Source: an uncultured Mollicutes bacterium (GTDB lineage Bacteria > Bacillota_I > Bacilli_A > ML615J-28 > CAG-313). Taken from it: 64,000 nucleotides of DNA. Of the stretch, positions 1 through 9,690 are shown piece by piece (the first letter of the stretch is position 1; each line of letters opens with the position of its first letter). A program made the translations under genes and the position numbers. Location of the stretch: NCBI GenBank assembly GCA_900538885.1, contig UQAI01000001.1:25862-89861 (forward strand). Reading direction: 5' to 3'. A model generated the notes under the pieces. The model was not told the DNA's origin. It ran no database searches and saw only the letters and a list, made by a program, of their open reading frames with translations.

Positions 1-1774
1 AGGATGCAATATAAAAATTCCTAAAGAAAATTTTGATAATTTTACAAATAACATTTTTAAGACAATTATTGGAAATGATGAATTTACCTCAAACTTCTTG
101 TTTAATGATCCTACAGCGTTTGGACTTGAACGATATGAACCATCACTTCCAACTCCAGGTAAAACTCAAGCCTTAGGAGTATTGATCATTAATTTATATT
201 TTGGTCAGGTAAAAAATTTTGATTATGATGAATTAAATGAAGACCAACAAATGACTTATGATGTTATTGTAGATTTGTTAGATAATATCAATGCGAAAAC
301 TTCAGAAATGAGTTATTTAAGCAATAATTATTTAGGTTCATACCTAGGCTATCAAGCTCAACTTCCCTTACTTCTTGTTGAATATCATTTTAAAGATAAA
401 CTAGATGTTGATAATTACTTTAAGTATTTAGACTTAGTACCTGAAACTTTTAAGAAGTATGTAGACTTTGAAATTGAAAAAGCTGATAACGGGTATGGCA
501 TGCCTGACTTTGTCATTGATAAAGTAGTTGAGCAATGTGTTAACTTTATTGGTAAGGCAAGTGAAGAAGATCATTTTATGATAAAAGTAGTAAATGACAA
601 AATCGATAAACTAGAATTCTTAAGTGAGGAAGAAAAAGAAACGTATAAAGAATTAAATAAAGAAAAAGTAAAAGGCCCATTAATTGAGGGATATGCATAT
701 GTTCGTGATCATTTACCACTATTAAAGGGTAAAGCAACAAATAACATGGGACTTGCCCATTATTATACAACAAATGAAGATACAAATGAAAAAATAAATA
801 TTGGTCAAAAATATTATGAACTTTCATTTCAAAAAGCTGTTGGTTATAATATTAGTGTGGAAGAAGCCATTGCTTATGTAGAATCAAAATTAAATACTTA
901 TACAAAAGAACTTGAAACATTTAGAAAACTCGCGAAAGATGACTCAACTTTCCTTACAAGAGTGTCAGAAACCAAGTTTATGAGTCAAACTCCTGAAGAG
1001 CAACTTGCGTTATATCAAAGAATTATTTATAGTGATTTTCCAACACTTAATTTAGAAAATGATTTAAATGTTGAGATTAAGTATATTGATAAAGCAATGG
1101 AAGAAAACTTTAGCCCTGCTGCCTATATGACTTCACCAATTGATGAGTTTAAAAATGAATATATTTATTTAAATAATAAATCAATTTTAATAGATCAAGA
1201 AGATAGTGAAGGTAATGTTACAAAAGTTTATGATTATAATTATTTGTTTACAACCCTTGCTCATGAAGGCTATCCAGGACATTTATATCAAAACGTATAT
1301 TTCAAAAACAAACAAACAAATGTTTTAAGAAAAGTGCTTAAAAGTTCTGGATATATGGAAGGTTGGGCAACTTATGTTGAAAACTATATGTATAATTTTT
1401 TAGAAGGTTTTGATCAAGATATAATTGATTACTATCTTTTCCAAGAAAACTACCAAGCCGCAATCTATTCTCGTCTTGATATGGGAATCCATTATAATGG
1501 TTGGACACTAGAGGAAACATATGATTATTTATCAAAATATTATAATGTAACTCTAGAAAGTACAAAATCCATTTATGAAAGATTAATTGAAGTTCCTAAT
1601 AACTGTCAGTATTATTACTTTACTTACTTTAAACTTTGTGATATGTATGATAAAGTAAAAACAGCATTAGGCAATAAGTTTGATCCAGTTGAATATCATA
1701 AGCGAATTCTTGACTGTGGACCACTTCCACTAAGATTTGTGGAAAAAAGAGTTTTAGCTTCATACGGATTATAA
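1..1774 (+). CDS. DUF885-family protein (HEGYPGH motif), 5' end truncated by window edge
   Basis: ORF open to position 1 in same frame as 98..1774; HEGYPGHLYQ motif typical of DUF885 peptidase-like proteins. Confidence 0.55.
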   Translation, partial: GCNIKIPKENFDNFTNNIFKTIIGNDEFTSNFLFNDPTAFGLERYEPSLPTPGKTQALGVLIINLYFGQVKNFDYDELNEDQQMTYDVIVDLLDNINAKTSEMSYLSNNYLGSYLGYQAQLPLLLVEYHFKDKLDVDNYFKYLDLVPETFKKYVDFEIEKADNGYGMPDFVIDKVVEQCVNFIGKASEEDHFMIKVVNDKIDKLEFLSEEEKETYKELNKEKVKGPLIEGYAYVRDHLPLLKGKATNNMGLAHYYTTNEDTNEKINIGQKYYELSFQKAVGYNISVEEAIAYVESKLNTYTKELETFRKLAKDDSTFLTRVSETKFMSQTPEEQLALYQRIIYSDFPTLNLENDLNVEIKYIDKAMEENFSPAAYMTSPIDEFKNEYIYLNNKSILIDQEDSEGNVTKVYDYNYLFTTLAHEGYPGHLYQNVYFKNKQTNVLRKVLKSSGYMEGWATYVENYMYNFLEGFDQDIIDYYLFQENYQAAIYSRLDMGIHYNGWTLEETYDYLSKYYNVTLESTKSIYERLIEVPNNCQYYYFTYFKLCDMYDKVKTALGNKFDPVEYHKRILDCGPLPLRFVEKRVLASYGL

Positions 1775-1845
1775 AAGCAAAATGAAAGCAATAATTTAGA
1801 TAATTTGATATAATATGTAAGATTAGTAAAGGAGAATTTATTCAT

Positions 1846-3165
1846 ATGAGTGAATCAAAAGTAAAAGTAGAAAATATTTCAAATAGTAAAGTTAAATTAA
1901 CAATTAAAGTAAGTGCTGAAGAATTTGATAAAGCCCTAGATATGGCTTTTGAAAAGGTAATTAAAAAAGTAAAAATTGATGGTTTTAGAGAAGGTAAAGC
2001 TCCTAAAAACGTATTTATTAACCACTATGGTTGGGAAAGCTTATATCAAGATGGTATTGAGTATGCATTACAACTTACTTACTATCCAGCTGTTCAAAAA
2101 GCGAGTGTTGTTCCAGTAAGTGATCCTAAAATTGATTTAGATTTCTCTAAAATTAAAAAAGGCAGTGGTTTCACTTATACTGCTGAAATTGAAATTTGGC
2201 CAACACCAGAACTTGGACAATATAAGGGTTTAACAGTTAAAGCTAAATCAACAAGAGTAACTAAAAAGATGGTTGAAGAATATATTAAAGAACAACTAAA
2301 GAATAAAGCTGAAATCGTTGTAAAAGATACTCCTGCTGCTTTAGGTGATACTGTTGTAATCGACTTTGAAGGCTTTGTAAATGGTGAAGCATTTGAAGGT
2401 GGAAAAGCTGAAAATTATCCATTAGAGCTTGGCTCTCATGCTTTTGTTCCAGGATTTGAAGATCAACTAGTAGGAACTAAAACTGGTGATGAACTAGATG
2501 TTAACGTTATTTTCCCTGAAAATTATCATGAATCATTAGCTTCAAAACCTGCAACATTTAAAGTTAAAGTTCATGAAGTAAAAGGCCGTGAAGAAGCCGA
2601 ATTAAACGATGATTTAGTTGCTGAAATGGAAATTGAAGGCGTTAAAACTGTAAAAGAATATAATGAATATGTTAAAAAACTTTTACAAAATCAAAAAGAA
2701 CAAGAAAACGAAAACTACATTATGGATACGCTAATGAAGAAAATTGAAAAAGATTCTAAAATAGTTGTTCCACAAACTGTAATTGACGAAGAATTAAATA
2801 AACAAGTTGAAAGAATTGAAAACCAAGCTAAACAATATAAAGTACCAACTGAAGTTTTATTACAATATAGTGGATACGCTAATATGGAAGCTTACAAAAA
2901 GGCTGGAGCAGAATACATTAAACGTCAAATTACTGAAGAAGTAATCATTGAAGAAATTGTAAAAGCTGAAAAGTTTGAAGTTTCAAAAGAAGAAATTGAA
3001 GCAGAATATGCAAAACTTTGTGGTGATAAACCTGAAGAAACAGAAACTGACAAAGCTAAGAGATTAGAAGACATTAAAAAGAGATACAGTGCAGAACAAG
3101 TAGAACATCATCTAAAGATGACAAAAGCTGTCAACTTAATTAAAGATAGTGCTGTAATTCAATAA
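1846..3165 (+). CDS. tig: trigger factor (ribosome-associated chaperone, PPIase)
   Basis: 439 aa; N-terminal ribosome-binding and FKBP-like region; conserved tig-clpX-lon gene order; RBS AAGGAG upstream. Confidence 0.9.
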   Translation: MSESKVKVENISNSKVKLTIKVSAEEFDKALDMAFEKVIKKVKIDGFREGKAPKNVFINHYGWESLYQDGIEYALQLTYYPAVQKASVVPVSDPKIDLDFSKIKKGSGFTYTAEIEIWPTPELGQYKGLTVKAKSTRVTKKMVEEYIKEQLKNKAEIVVKDTPAALGDTVVIDFEGFVNGEAFEGGKAENYPLELGSHAFVPGFEDQLVGTKTGDELDVNVIFPENYHESLASKPATFKVKVHEVKGREEAELNDDLVAEMEIEGVKTVKEYNEYVKKLLQNQKEQENENYIMDTLMKKIEKDSKIVVPQTVIDEELNKQVERIENQAKQYKVPTEVLLQYSGYANMEAYKKAGAEYIKRQITEEVIIEEIVKAEKFEVSKEEIEAEYAKLCGDKPEETETDKAKRLEDIKKRYSAEQVEHHLKMTKAVNLIKDSAVIQ

Positions 3166-3189
3166 TTATTTTGATTAAATTAATAAATT

Positions 3190-3212
3190 CGCTCCATAAT
3201 AAATATGGAGCG
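3190..3212 (+). terminator. perfect 9-bp stem-loop between tig and clpX (cgctccata-N6-tatggagcg), weak T tail; possible attenuator/terminator overlapping clpX RBS
   Basis: inverted repeat seen directly in sequence. Confidence 0.35.
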
Positions 3213-3220
3213 TGATTATT

Positions 3221-4399
3221 ATGGAAAAAGTGTATTGTTCGTTTTGTGGTAAAGAAATAACCTGGGATAACCTAGGTGTTGAAGGAAATAAAGCTTGGAT
3301 TTGTCAAGACTGCCTAAAAATATACTATGATATATTAAATATTGAACAAAAAGAATTGTTTAATAAACAATTTATCAAAAACTTTAAGGATGAAGTTATA
3401 AGTCCTAAAGTAATATATGATAAGCTTGATGAATGTGTTATAAGCCAAAAACAAGCAAAAAAAGTCTTATCGGTAGCGTTATATCAACATTACAAAAGAA
3501 TAACTTGTCCGGATTTAAAAGATTTAGAAAAGCCTAATATTTTAATGATTGGCCCAACGGGGGTTGGCAAAACATTACTTGCGAAAACCATGGCATCAAT
3601 CTTGAATTTGCCACTAGCTATTTGTGATGCGACAGTATATACTCAAGCAGGATATGTTGGCGAAGATGTTGAAAATATCTTATTAAAACTTCTTCAAAAT
3701 GCTGATTATGATTTAGAACTTGCCGAAAAAGGCATTGTGTTCATCGATGAATTTGATAAACTTGCCCGTAAAAGCGAGAATGTTTCAATCACAAGAGATG
3801 TCTCCGGAGAAGGTGTTCAAAACTCTTTATTAAAAATAATTGAAGGAAATATTATTAATGTACCTCCACAAGGTGGAAGAAAGCATCCATATCAAGAGTA
3901 CATTAAATTTGATACATCAAAAGTCTTATTTATTTGTGCAGGAAGTTTTGAAGGACTCGATGATAATAAAACTAAGCCAATGGGATTTGAAAATAAAAAA
4001 GTGGAAGACATATTACTAGATACTAAAAAACTTCAAAAATTTGGAATCATTCCAGAAATTTTAGGTAGACTTCCCGTAACAGTTAGACTTGAAAGACTAA
4101 CCCTTGAAGATCTAGAAAAAATCCTAACAGTTCCTAAAAAAGCCATAATCAAAGAATATCAAAAATTATTTAATAGCGACAAAATTGAACTAATATTTAA
4201 TAAAGAAACAATCAAGATGATTGCGAGAAAAGCATATGACGAAGGAACGGGGGCGAGAGCTTTACGTAAGATTCTTGAAGAAAGAATGCTTGATTTGATG
4301 TTTAAACTTCCATATGATGAAAGTGTTAGATCAATTGAAGTAAATGAAAATGAAGAAATATACAATGAAAAAAGTGAGGAAGTAATTCCTAGTGCTTAG
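3221..4399 (+). CDS. clpX: ATP-dependent Clp protease ATP-binding subunit ClpX
   Basis: N-terminal C4 zinc-binding CSFCGK...CQDC, Walker A GPTGVGKT, ClpX-type AAA+ body; ATG 3221 preferred over GTG 3212 (GGAG 11 nt upstream). Confidence 0.85.
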   Translation: MEKVYCSFCGKEITWDNLGVEGNKAWICQDCLKIYYDILNIEQKELFNKQFIKNFKDEVISPKVIYDKLDECVISQKQAKKVLSVALYQHYKRITCPDLKDLEKPNILMIGPTGVGKTLLAKTMASILNLPLAICDATVYTQAGYVGEDVENILLKLLQNADYDLELAEKGIVFIDEFDKLARKSENVSITRDVSGEGVQNSLLKIIEGNIINVPPQGGRKHPYQEYIKFDTSKVLFICAGSFEGLDDNKTKPMGFENKKVEDILLDTKKLQKFGIIPEILGRLPVTVRLERLTLEDLEKILTVPKKAIIKEYQKLFNSDKIELIFNKETIKMIARKAYDEGTGARALRKILEERMLDLMFKLPYDESVRSIEVNENEEIYNEKSEEVIPSA

Positions 4400-4411
4400 A
4401 AAGGAGTAAAT

Positions 4412-6739
4412 ATGTTTGAGTTAAATGAACAGGTAACAGAACAATTACCAGCAATAGTTGTAAGTGACATTGTACCGCTTCCAAATAATGAAATTAGAGT
4501 AGAAATAAATAGACCTGAAGATATTAAGGCTTTAAAAAGTGCTGAGCAATATCGAAACTATATATTTTTAATGTTACCATCAAAAAACGATACTCAAAAT
4601 GAGGTTATTGACAACTATTATAAAAGGGGAGTAGTAGCGAAAATTGTCTTAAATATGACCAATCCTAACGGGTCTAGAAGAGTTAAATTACAAACTATTG
4701 TACGTGCTGATGTAGAAGAGTTTGTATTAACCAGTCCCCATTTACTAGTAAAATTTACAACCCAACCATCAATTAGTAGTGATAGTGATAAAGAAATCGC
4801 AACTTTAGAATTAATTAAGCAAGAATTAGTATCAAATAATAAAATGATGCCAGTTCTAGAAAATAAAGATGCTATTCTTAATAGTTTAAGAAAAGGTATC
4901 TCATCAGCTGAATTTTCTGATGTTATCGCTATTAATATTATAGGTGATTTTAAATCACATCTTAAGTATTTATTTGAACTTGATATTACTAAACGTTTAC
5001 TTATGATTTTAGAAGACTTAAGAAAACAAAAGTATTTTGCAAGTCTTGAAAGTAAAATCGATGAAGAAGTAAAACGTAGCATTAATGAAGCTCAAAAAGA
5101 GTACTACCTAAGAGAAAAAATGAAAGCCATCCAGGATGAACTTGGTGATAAGGCTAAAAAAGAAACAGACATTGATGTATTAAGAAAGAAAATTAAAGAA
5201 GCAAAAATGCCAAAAACAGTAGAAGAAAAAGCTTATAATGAATTAAACCGTTATATGTCAACACCAAGCACTTCGCCTGAATCTGGTATTATAAGAACAT
5301 ATCTAGATTTTCTTATTGCATTACCATGGAACACACAATCAGTTGATTCTGATGACATTAAGAAAGCTAAAAAAATTCTTGATGAAGATCACTATGGACT
5401 TGATAAAGTTAAAGAAAGAATTCTTGAATATCTTGCTGTAAAAATTATGACACAAAAGAATCCACAAGCCATTCTATGTCTTGTTGGTCCTCCAGGTGTT
5501 GGTAAAACTTCACTTGCAAAGTCAATCGCAAGAGCTCTTAATAAGAAGTTTGTTAAACTTTCTTTAGGTGGTGTCAAAGATGAATCGGAAATTAGAGGCC
5601 ATCGTCGTACTTATCTTGGAGCTCTACCTGGTAGAATTCTTCAAAATTTAAAACGCGCAGGCACAAATAATCCAGTATTCCTACTTGACGAAATTGATAA
5701 GATGAGTAGTGATTATAAGGGAGACCCTACAAGTGCAATGCTTGAAGTATTAGATGGTGAACAAAATCAATTTTTCAGTGATAATTATTTAGAAGAACCA
5801 TTTGATTTATCCCATGTTTTCTTTATCGCAACTGCCAATTATTTAGGTAATATTCCTGAACCATTACGTGACCGTATTGAAATAGTTGAAGTGTCAAGTT
5901 ATACTGAATATGAAAAATTCGAAATTGCTACACACCACTTACTAAAAAAACAACTTTTAGCAAATGGACTTGATGAGTCCCAATTTAGTATTAGTGATCA
6001 AGCAATTTACTCAATTATTCAAAACTACACACGTGAAGCCGGTGTGCGTGAATTAGAAAGATTGTTAAGTTCAATTATTCGTAAAGCCATTAAAAATATT
6101 TTATTAAATGGTGCATCAAAAATTGAAATTACTGTTGATAATTTAGAAGAATATTTAGGAAAACCTAAATTTACTAATAACAAAACCGAAGAAAATGATT
6201 TAGTAGGAATTGTTACTGGACTTGCTTATACACAGTTTGGCGGAGATACTTTATCAATTGAGGCAACTCACTATAAAGGTGAGGGGAAACTTCTACTTAC
6301 TGGTCAATTAGGCGATGTAATGAAAGAATCGGCTCAAGCAGCTTTCAGTTATGTTAAAAGCAATGTAGAAAAATTCAACATTAATATTAAGGATATCAAA
6401 GAATCTGATGTTCACATCCATGTTCCTGAAGGGGCAATTCCAAAAGATGGACCTTCAGCAGGTGTTACAATTACAACAGCCTTAATATCAACATTTACTA
6501 ATCGCCCAGTTCATCATGAAATTGGTATGACTGGAGAAGTTACATTACGTGGTCAAGTTCTTCCAATTGGTGGATTAAGAGAAAAATCAATTGCTGCTCA
6601 TCGTAGCGGACTTAAGAAAATTATTATTCCATATGATAATTTAAAAGATATTGATGAGATTCCTGAAAGCGTGAAAAACAGTCTTGAAATTATTCCAGTT
6701 AAATCAGTAGAAGAGATTGTTGATATAGTCCTTAAGTAA
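4412..6739 (+). CDS. lon: Lon protease (endopeptidase La)
   Basis: 775 aa; LON N-domain, AAA+ GPPGVGKTS, C-terminal protease with PKDGPSAG catalytic serine motif. Confidence 0.92.
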   Translation: MFELNEQVTEQLPAIVVSDIVPLPNNEIRVEINRPEDIKALKSAEQYRNYIFLMLPSKNDTQNEVIDNYYKRGVVAKIVLNMTNPNGSRRVKLQTIVRADVEEFVLTSPHLLVKFTTQPSISSDSDKEIATLELIKQELVSNNKMMPVLENKDAILNSLRKGISSAEFSDVIAINIIGDFKSHLKYLFELDITKRLLMILEDLRKQKYFASLESKIDEEVKRSINEAQKEYYLREKMKAIQDELGDKAKKETDIDVLRKKIKEAKMPKTVEEKAYNELNRYMSTPSTSPESGIIRTYLDFLIALPWNTQSVDSDDIKKAKKILDEDHYGLDKVKERILEYLAVKIMTQKNPQAILCLVGPPGVGKTSLAKSIARALNKKFVKLSLGGVKDESEIRGHRRTYLGALPGRILQNLKRAGTNNPVFLLDEIDKMSSDYKGDPTSAMLEVLDGEQNQFFSDNYLEEPFDLSHVFFIATANYLGNIPEPLRDRIEIVEVSSYTEYEKFEIATHHLLKKQLLANGLDESQFSISDQAIYSIIQNYTREAGVRELERLLSSIIRKAIKNILLNGASKIEITVDNLEEYLGKPKFTNNKTEENDLVGIVTGLAYTQFGGDTLSIEATHYKGEGKLLLTGQLGDVMKESAQAAFSYVKSNVEKFNINIKDIKESDVHIHVPEGAIPKDGPSAGVTITTALISTFTNRPVHHEIGMTGEVTLRGQVLPIGGLREKSIAAHRSGLKKIIIPYDNLKDIDEIPESVKNSLEIIPVKSVEEIVDIVLK

Positions 6740-6753
6740 AACATTTGCAATAA

Positions 6754-6782
6754 ATCTCGTTATATGATATAATTATAACGTT
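6754..6782 (+). promoter_or_regulatory. sigma-A type promoter TTGCAA-17bp-TATAAT upstream of secG
   Basis: near-consensus -35/-10 hexamers with 17-bp spacer, seen in sequence. Confidence 0.5.
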
Positions 6783-6813
6783 ATAGTATCAAAATATAAA
6801 TTAGGAGGCCCAT

Positions 6814-7053
6814 ATGAGTGCTTTAAGTTGGTATGATTATATATTATTAGTCGTTTCAATTATTATGATTTTAATAGTAGTGTTACAATCATCTAAAGAA
6901 GATGGTATGAGTGCATTTACTGGTGAAAAGTCAGATCTTTTCGCAAATCAAAAACAAAGAGGTTTAGAAAAAGCTATTAATACTACAACAACAGTATTAT
7001 CAGTAGTATTTTTCGTATTAACAATCTTAGCGGCTGTATTACCAAGATATTAA
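6814..7053 (+). CDS. secG: preprotein translocase subunit SecG
   Basis: 79 aa, two TM helices; conserved position upstream of rnr-smpB. Confidence 0.75.
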   Translation: MSALSWYDYILLVVSIIMILIVVLQSSKEDGMSAFTGEKSDLFANQKQRGLEKAINTTTTVLSVVFFVLTILAAVLPRY

Positions 7054-7057
7054 AAAT

Positions 7058-7085
7058 TAGGGCTTAAATGCCCTTTTTTCATATT
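7058..7085 (+). terminator. rho-independent terminator (agggc-ttaaat-gccct + T7)
   Basis: GC stem plus T run immediately after secG stop. Confidence 0.7.
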
Positions 7086-7100
7086 TTAATGGAGGGGAAA

Positions 7101-9233
7101 ATGAAAGAACAAATAGTCAAATTATTAAATACGCCTAAACATCAATTATTAAAAGCTGATGAAATATATAAAGAATTAGGCCTTACGACTGAAGAAGAAT
7201 ACGATATATTAGGAAATGCTTTAGAGGAATTAGAAAATGAATTTATAATTACGCATAATAAACAAAATGCTTTCGCCTTACTACCTTATTTTCAAATGCT
7301 AAAAGGCGTGATAAATATTAAAGAGGGTGGATATGGTTTTGTTGATGGTGATGATTTTAGTGTACATGTTGAAGAAGGAAAAACCGGAACCGCTATTTCT
7401 GGTGATACGGTTATTGTAAAGTTTGCAAAATTAAAAAAAGCAAGTTATGAAGGGGAAGTAACAAGAATAGTAAAAAGATGCACTGAAACCATTGTTGGTC
7501 CATTAATTAAAAGAAAAGGACGTTATTTTGTAAAAGCAACTATTAATAAGAACACTATCTGGTGTGTGATCCGTGACCATAAAAACGCGAAAACTCATAA
7601 TGTTGTAAAAGTAAAAATCACAAAATATTATGCTTTCAACCAAGTTGAAGGTAATGTAATCGAGGTATATGGTGATGAATCAGAAGTAGGTATGGATATT
7701 ACTATGCAAGTTCTTGCAAGTGGCATAAAATATCAATTTGATAAGGAAACTTGTGATGAAGCTGCATCTTTACCTCAAGTGGTTGACTTAACCAAATATA
7801 AAAAACGTAAAAATTTAAGTGACGAATTAATTATAACAATAGATGGTGATGATGCGAAAGACTTTGATGATGGTGTTAACGTAAAAAAACTTAAAAATGG
7901 TAATTATCTCTTAACTGTATGTATAGCTGATGTTAGTGAGTACGTTAAAGAAAATAGTTATTTAGATCTTGAAGCATATATGAGAGGAACTAGTGTTTAT
8001 TTGCCAGATCGTGTAATTCCAATGTTGCCGTTTGAACTTTCCAATGGTATATGTTCACTAAATGAAGGAGAGTATCGTCTCGTAATGGTTGCGGAAATGG
8101 AATTTGATCATCTTGGCAATTTAGTAAATAGTGATCACTATGAAGGAATTATCAAAAGTGCTCACCGTATGACATATCAAAATGTAAACAAAATACTAGA
8201 AGAAAAAGATAAAAAATTAATTAGCCAATATCAAGATATTTATGAAATGCTTATTGACATGCAAGACCTTGCTAAAATATTATATGATAAGCGAATTAAA
8301 CGAGGTTCATTTGATTTTGAGACAAGTGAGGCCAAATTAAATTTAAACCCAGATGGTACTGTTAAAAGTATTGAATTAAGGGAAAGACGTACTGCTGAAA
8401 AATTAATTGAAGAGTTTATGCTTGTTGCCAATGAAAGTGTTGCTGAAAAAATGTCATGGCTTGATGTACCATTTTTATACCGCGTTCACGATGAACCAGA
8501 TGAAGCAAGATTAAATCTATTTATGAATCGTTTAAAAACATTGAAACAAGAGTTTTCATACAAAAATAAAACTGCTCTACCCAAAGCTTTACAGCAATTC
8601 TTATTAGATACCAATGCAGAAGAAAATACGCTCGAAAAAACTACCAAAAGTGTTATTAGTAATACCCTACTTAGAACCATGGCAAAAGCAAAGTACCAGG
8701 AGATTAACATTGGCCACTATGGCTTAGCTAGTAAGTGTTATACGCACTTCACTTCACCAATCAGAAGATATCCAGATTTGCTTGTTCATAGATTAATGAA
8801 ACAATTTTTATTTAACCATCAAGAAACAACCGAAGTTGACCCTGTAGGTTACTTTACAATTAAAGTTCATGAAACTGGCCTTTCCTCAAGTGCTAGTGAA
8901 AAAACGGCAGAAAATTTGGAGCGTAGTACTGTTGATATGAAAAAATGTGAATATATGGAAAAGTATATTGGAAATGTATTTACAGGCATGATTTCATCAG
9001 TGGTAAACTGGGGATTATATGTTACATTAGATAATACTGTTGAAGGATTAGTTAGATTTGATGATTTACCACATGATTACTATGAAGTTGATGAAACTGC
9101 CGGTATAATTTATGGATCTAATAAGAGTCATATCTTTAAATTAGGTGATATTGTACGTGTAAAATTAGTTGATGTAAACCAAAGCAAAAAACAAATCACA
9201 TTTAGAATGATGAGGAAATTAGAAAATGAATAA
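7101..9233 (+). CDS. rnr: ribonuclease R (RNB-family 3'-5' exoribonuclease with C-terminal S1 domain)
   Basis: RNB catalytic region, C-terminal S1; start moved to ATG 7101 behind GGAGGGG RBS (ORF-track start 7068 lies inside secG terminator). Confidence 0.88.
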   Translation: MKEQIVKLLNTPKHQLLKADEIYKELGLTTEEEYDILGNALEELENEFIITHNKQNAFALLPYFQMLKGVINIKEGGYGFVDGDDFSVHVEEGKTGTAISGDTVIVKFAKLKKASYEGEVTRIVKRCTETIVGPLIKRKGRYFVKATINKNTIWCVIRDHKNAKTHNVVKVKITKYYAFNQVEGNVIEVYGDESEVGMDITMQVLASGIKYQFDKETCDEAASLPQVVDLTKYKKRKNLSDELIITIDGDDAKDFDDGVNVKKLKNGNYLLTVCIADVSEYVKENSYLDLEAYMRGTSVYLPDRVIPMLPFELSNGICSLNEGEYRLVMVAEMEFDHLGNLVNSDHYEGIIKSAHRMTYQNVNKILEEKDKKLISQYQDIYEMLIDMQDLAKILYDKRIKRGSFDFETSEAKLNLNPDGTVKSIELRERRTAEKLIEEFMLVANESVAEKMSWLDVPFLYRVHDEPDEARLNLFMNRLKTLKQEFSYKNKTALPKALQQFLLDTNAEENTLEKTTKSVISNTLLRTMAKAKYQEINIGHYGLASKCYTHFTSPIRRYPDLLVHRLMKQFLFNHQETTEVDPVGYFTIKVHETGLSSSASEKTAENLERSTVDMKKCEYMEKYIGNVFTGMISSVVNWGLYVTLDNTVEGLVRFDDLPHDYYEVDETAGIIYGSNKSHIFKLGDIVRVKLVDVNQSKKQITFRMMRKLENE

Positions 9234-9690
9234 TGAAAAAATAGTTTGTCAAAACAAAAGAGCATATCATGATTATTTTATCGAAGAAGAACTAGAAGCA
9301 GGTCTTGTGTTAACAGGCACAGAAATCAAATCAATTAGAATGGGAAAAGCTAGTATTCAAGAAGCTTATTGTGATATTAAAGAAGGTGAACTTTTTGTAG
9401 TGGGAATGAGCATTTCACCATATGAAAAAGGAAATATCTTTAATCACCAAGAAAAAAGTAACCGTAAACTTTTAGTTCACAAAAAAGAAATCTTAAAATT
9501 AAGTAATAAAGTAATGCGTGAAGGTTACACAATTATTCCTTTAAGAATTGTACTAAGAAATGGAATTGCGAAAATGGATATTGCCATTGCGAAAGGTAAA
9601 AAATTGTATGATAAAAGAGAAGACATGAAAAAGTCAAGCGATTTAGAGTACATAAAGAAAACAACAAAGGAGTCAAGATATGCTGACTAA
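9226..9690 (+). CDS. smpB: SsrA-binding protein SmpB
   Basis: 154 aa, full-length SmpB fold; follows rnr as in Bacillota. Confidence 0.92.
   Translation: MNNEKIVCQNKRAYHDYFIEEELEAGLVLTGTEIKSIRMGKASIQEAYCDIKEGELFVVGMSISPYEKGNIFNHQEKSNRKLLVHKKEILKLSNKVMREGYTIIPLRIVLRNGIAKMDIAIAKGKKLYDKREDMKKSSDLEYIKKTTKESRYAD

Noticed and set aside
576-1565. Minus-strand ORFs 576..827 and 1338..1565, and similar antisense ORFs inside tig, clpX, lon, rnr, hsdR, hsdM, terminase, portal, capsid and other large genes
   Set aside because: They are entirely nested antisense within well-supported genes, have low-complexity Leu/Ser/Phe-rich translations typical of AT-rich antisense frames, and lack an RBS. Treated as spurious.
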